In this document: positions 58,901 to 64,000 of the stretch, piece after piece
Layout: each line of letters opens with the position of its first letter
How positions within the stretch are numbered: the stretch's first letter is position 1
NCBI GenBank assembly: GCA_965644295.1
Contig: CBFFRP010000191.1
Coordinates: forward strand, 1-64,000
DNA: 64,000 nt
From: Paraphysomonas bandaiensis
Taxonomy: Eukaryota > Protista > Chrysophyceae
Direction: 5' to 3'
Made by a program: the position numbers and the translations under genes
The notes under the pieces: generated by a model
The model's input: only the letters and a program-made list of their open reading frames with translations
What the model was told of the DNA's origin: nothing
Database searches by the model: none

Positions 58901-61900
58901 GACTCAATTATCAACATTCTACCTCACACAAACCAGTCACCATGAATGCTTGAGACCCACATCAGCCCCTACCCCTTTCCCTTCAGGACAACCATCTAGT
59001 GAACCGACAATTAACCTGGAAGAGGCAGCGCTGTGTGACTTCATTGAGGCGACTGATGTTACCTCCAAACGGTCTGAGTGGACCTGTGCGGATGTGGGGA
59101 ACAAGTGCAGCTTCACTGGAGTCACCTGCACAGGATCGAACATAACCGGAGTGAACTTATATTTTGATGGTATATCAGGATCTCTCCCCTCATCTATCGG
59201 TGACATGACTGCATTGACATATTTGAATATTGGTCGCAACTCTCTCATCGGTACACTCCCCTCATCACTGGGTCAGATGACTTCTCTTAGTTATCTATAT
59301 CTACATTACAATTCCTTAACGGGTCCTCTCCCCTCATCACTGGGTCAGATGACTTCTCTTAGTGATCTCAATCTACGTGACAATTCCTTAACGGGTCCTC
59401 TCCCCTCATCTATCAGCGATATGACTGCATTGACATATTTGCATATTGGTCACAACTCTCTCATCGGTACACTCCCCTCATCACTGGATCAGATGACTTC
59501 TCTTCGTGAACTCCATCTACGTGACAATTCCTTAACGGGTCCTCTCCCCGACTCTTTTTCCAGTCTAACTAAATTACGAGTTCTAAGGGGTGATGGCAAT
59601 ATGTTCACAGGTGTCTACCCTTCCGAGCTATGCACAATGACTCAATTAACAGCATTCTACCTCACACAAACCAGTTACCATGAATGCTTGAGACCCACAT
59701 CAGCCCCGACCCCTTCCCCTTCCGCACAACCGACAATTAACCTGGAAGAGGCAGCGCTGTGTGACTTCATTGAGGCGACTGATGTTACCTCCGTATGGTC
59801 TGAGTGGACCTGTGCGGATGTGGGGAACAAGTGCAGCTTCACTGGAGTCACCTGCACAGGATCGAACATAGCCAGAGTGGACTTATATGATGATGGAATA
59901 TCAGGATCTCTCCCCTCATCACTGGGTCAGATGACTTCTCTTAGTGTTCTCAATCTACGTGACAATTCCTTAACGGGTCCTCTCCCCTCATCACTGGGTC
60001 AGATGACTTCTCTTAGTGATCTCCGTCTACATGACAATTCCTTAACGGGTCCTCTCCCCTCATCACTGGGTCAGATGACTTCTCTTAGTGTTCTAAGTCT
60101 ACATTCCAATTCCTTAACGGGTACACTCCCCTCATCACTGGGTCAGATGACTTCTCTTAATTATCTCTATCTATATTCCAATTCCTTAACGGGTTCTCTC
60201 CCCGACTCTCTTTCCAGTCTAACCAAATTGCAACTTCTAAGGGGTGATGGCAATATGTTCACAGGTGTCTACCCTTCCGAGCTATGCACAATGACTCAAT
60301 TAACAACATTCTACCTCACACAAACCAGTTACCATGAATGCTTGAGGCCCACATCAGCACCGACCCCTTTCCCTTCAGGACAACCATCTACCGAACCAAC
60401 AGGACAGCCATCTCGTCAACCTAGTGGACAACCATCTGGTCAACCTACAGGTGAGCCATCTGGTGAACCGACAGGACAGCCATCATGCCAACCCACAGGT
60501 GAGCCATCTGGTGAACCGACAGGACAGCCATCTCGTCAACCTAGTGGACAACCATCTGGTCAACCTACAGGTGAGCCATCTGGTGAACCAACAGGACAGC
60601 CATCTGGCCAACCTAGTGGACAACCATCTGGTGAACCGACAGGACAGCCATCATGCCAACCCACAGGTGAGCCATCTGGTGAACCGACAGGACAGCCATC
60701 TCGTCAACCTAGTGGACAACCATCTGGTCAACCTAGTGGACCGCCATCTGGTGAACCAACAGGACAGCCATCTGGCCAACCTAGTGGACAACCATCTGGG
60801 ATCCCTACTGGACAGCCATCATGCCAACCCACAGGTGAGCCATCTGGTGAACCGACAGGACAGCCATCTCGTCAACCTAGTGGACAACCATCTGGGATCC
60901 CTACTGGGCAGCCATCTGATGAACCTAGTGGACAACCATCATGTCAACCCACAGGTGAGCCATCTGTGATCTCTACTGGACAGCCATCTGGTGAACCTAG
61001 TGGACAGCCATCTGGGATCCCTACTGGACAGCCATCTAGTGAACCCACAGGACAACCATCTGGCCAACCTAGTGGACCGCCATCTGGGCAACCTATGGGG
61101 CAGCCATCTCGTCAACCTAGTGGACAACCATCTGGCCTACCTAGTGAACCGCCATCTTGTGAACCCACAGGACAGCCATCTGGTGAACCTAGTCGACCGC
61201 CATCTAGGATCCCTACTGGACAGCCATCATGTCAACCCACAGGTGAGCCATCTGGTGAACCGACAGGACAGCCATCTGGGCAACCTAGTGGACAACCATC
61301 TGGGATCCCTACTGGGCAGCCATCATGTCAACCCACAGGTGAGCCATCTGGTGAACCGACAGGACAGCCATCTCGTCAACCTAGTGGACAACCATCTGGT
61401 CAACCTAGTGGACCGCCATCTGGGCAACCTACGGGGCAGCCATCATGCCAACCTAGTGGACAACCATCTGGCCTACCTAGTGAACCGCCATCTTGTGAAC
61501 CCACAGGACAGCCATCTGGGATCCCTACTGGACAGCCATCATGTCAACCTAGTGAACCGCCATCTGGTGAACCGACAGGACAGCCATCTGGTCAACCTAG
61601 TGGACCGCCATCTGGGCAACCTACGGGGCAGCCATCATGCCAACCTAGTGGACAACCATCTGGCCTACCTAGTGAATCGCCATCTGGTGAACCCACAGGA
61701 CAGCCATCTGGGATCCCTACTGGACAGCCATCTGGTCAACCCAGTGGACAGCCATCTAGTGAACCCACAGGTGAGCCATCTGGTCAACCCAGTGCACAGC
61801 CATCAATCGAACCGACAGGACAGCCATCATGTCAACCTAGTGGACGACCATCTGGGATCCCTGCTGGACAGCCATCATGTCAACCTAGTGAACCGCCATC

Positions 61901-64000
61901 TTGTGAACCGACAGGACAGCCATCTGGTCAACCTAGTGGACAACCATCTGGGATCCCTACTGGACAGCCATCTAGTGAACCCACATGTGAGCCATCTGGT
62001 CAACCTAGTGGACCGCCATCTGGGCAACCTACGGGGCAGCCATCATGCCAACCTAGTGGACAACCATCTGGCCTACCTAGTGAACCGCCATCTTGTGAAC
62101 CCACAGGACAGCCATCTGGGATCCCTACTGGACAGCCATCTAGTGAACCCACAGGTGAGCCATCTGGTCAACCTAGTGGACAACCATCTGGCCTACCTAG
62201 TGAACCGCCATCTGGTGAACCTAGTGGACAACCATCTGGGATCCCTACTGGACAGCCATCTGGTCAACCCAGTGGACAACCATCTGGTCAACCTAGTGGA
62301 CAGCCGTCAAGTGTACCAACAGGGCAACCATCTAGTGAACCAGCAGGACTGCCATCAAGTGAATCAACAGGACAACCATCTGGAATTTCTTCTAGATTAC
62401 CATCAGAACAACCTATAGTACAGCCATCTCGGATTCCAACACTACCGTCATCAAGTCAACCATCTCGAATACCCACAGGACAGCCATTTGGTGAACCAAC
62501 AGCACCACCATTTGTCCAACCTACTGCACTGCCATCTGGACAACTACATTCGATTTTTCCATCGACGCATGCTCCTTCAGTTGCACGTTTACCTGAGATA
62601 TTACATATGGACTGGACTGTGTATCGAGATCACGTTACACTTTCAATTCAGCTCTCTAACAGAGGCTATGTGTATTGCGCAAGCTTTGAATCTATGGTAA
62701 TCGTCGACTCTGTAAATTCTGTAATTTCTACAAACAATTTTGACTACGTGGACGATGCTTCTGTTAACGCCTCAATCACAATAACATCTCTAACACCGTC
62801 CACGAATTACACACTCTATTGTGTCACGCAAAACAATCACCTGTTAGCTCCCTCGTATGAAGAAATGCTCTCGAATGCAGTCGTTTGGGAAACTCTCTGT
62901 TGTAAGAGCATATTTCTGGATTTGAATATGTTTGTACTGCAAGAAAATAGTGTGGGCTGGAATATGGTTGTAGTAACCCTTTCGGCAGCTCCGTCATCCA
63001 GCAGTGGTATGTGGATATCTGCTGGGGTGTCAAACAGCAGTGGTTCGTACACTGTATCCCCCTTTCTGGATGACATTGTGACTGTTACACGTTCCTCATG
63101 GTCGAAGACACATTACTTCACTGTCGCCAACTGTGCGCCGGGACTGTACACACTACAGGTGACTATGATGGATTTTGCAGTGCAGCAGGAGTATGATGTA
63201 ATCTTCCGAAGTGGGCAGTCGTTCACTGTAGAGCCCTCTGAAGTAGAACCCAGCACCCCGCGTTTAATGTCAGCGCAGTTCTCAAAGAGTGGTGAGTCCG
63301 CTGTCCTGAAATTTGATTCGCCTACAGACAAGGCGCAGTATTCCTCATATTTCAAGTGCTCTCGTCTCCTGGATGTAGCTGGGGCCTTATCGTCGGACTG
63401 CCTTTGGACCTCGGCCACCACACTTACTGTGTATTTCAAAGGACCTCTTCTACCTGAAGTGGGTGATAGTGTGGTGCTACTGCGGGGTAAACTGAGAGCT
63501 CAATGCACCTCCACATCGTCAGAGTGTACTGGCTGGGCTACTGTGAACAGGACAGAGATGGTTTTAGCTGCCCCCTACGACCCCATCTCACCCACCCTCG
63601 TTGTGACACACCCAAAAGTCTCCGGTCCCTGCGACAGACCTGTGATCGATATTACTGCCTCCTCTGGTTCGGGTGGTCGACCATGGAAACACTTCAACAT
63701 CACTGTGACCAGTTTTAGCGATACCGTCCATACAGTTCAGGAATGGCTTATAGAGAATTACGTGATTAGCCCACCACCCGCAATGCCAGCGCAATTATTT
63801 CAAGGTGGTTATAGGTACATTTTTGAGCTATGGCTGTGCAATTTTTTCGGTGAATGCAGCTCTGCCATAGCTATCATAAAAACCGTAAATGATATTCTGC
63901 CGTATGTTTCTATGGTGGGACAACTCTCTCGACAGATATTCACTTACACTCCTCTGGTACTGCAGTCTAATGCTTTTTTAACTGAATGCGACGGTTCTGC
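55958..64000 (+). CDS. Giant surface protein: five capped plant-type LRR cassettes, a Pro/Ser/Thr stalk and a REJ/PKD-like region; 3' partial, first exon uncertain
   Basis: One reading frame (gag codon at 56160) is in phase at 60420, 62640 and 63960. It is absent from the ORF track, consistent with no stop before the window end. 24-aa repeats LPSSLGQMTSLxxLxLxxNSLTG. The downstream part includes SSGSGGRPW and LCNFFGEC. Confidence 0.88.
60370..62540 (+). repeat. Coding 12-bp minisatellite, P(S/T)x(Q/E) mucin-like stalk
   Basis: CCATCTGGTCAA / CCTAGTGGACAA / CCGACAGGACAG units translating PSGQ PSGE PTGQ. Confidence 0.9.

Noticed and set aside
56280-60260. Regular 72-bp repeats with variable inserts as a CRISPR array or bona fide DGR
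   Set aside because: The repeats are in-frame LRR codons in a eukaryotic gene. There are no cas genes, DGR-type RT or template repeat in the window, and invariant AAT/AAC Asn codons persist.
60424-62418. ORFs rich in DNHLVNL / DSHL
   Set aside because: Alternative-frame shadows of the PSGQPT stalk in the true frame.

Overview
Eukaryotic, transposon-rich window with short (~45-70 nt) GT-AG introns. The gene content (MLO-EF-hand protein, plant-type LRR protein with a REJ-like region) suggests a stramenopile, possibly a chrysophyte; this is inference. Host genes: a CaMKK-like kinase, a PH-domain protein, a ~1870-aa ARM/ankyrin protein, a putative myristoylated protein, an MLO-like protein with EF-hands, and a giant surface protein with five LRR cassettes that runs off the window end. 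These sit among nested mobile elements: two Ty1/copia elements, a chromodomain Ty3/gypsy relic, pogo-like, hAT-like and unclassified TIR elements, and a family of retroposed repeats with 10-12 bp TSDs. The standout is a young full-length Ty3/gypsy element (18896-29184; 882-bp LTRs that look identical, ATAT TSD) whose pol carries a SET lysine-methyltransferase domain between RNase H and integrase. It has three further oddities: (i) an unannotated ~55-aa module also present in both copia elements, (ii) a single in-frame UGA followed by a predicted MuLV-like pseudoknot, and (iii) a candidate Tf1-like self-priming site instead of a tRNA PBS. The second highlight is the LRR protein, whose variation is concentrated in concave-face codons. 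All domain calls are by-eye motif recognition, not database searches.
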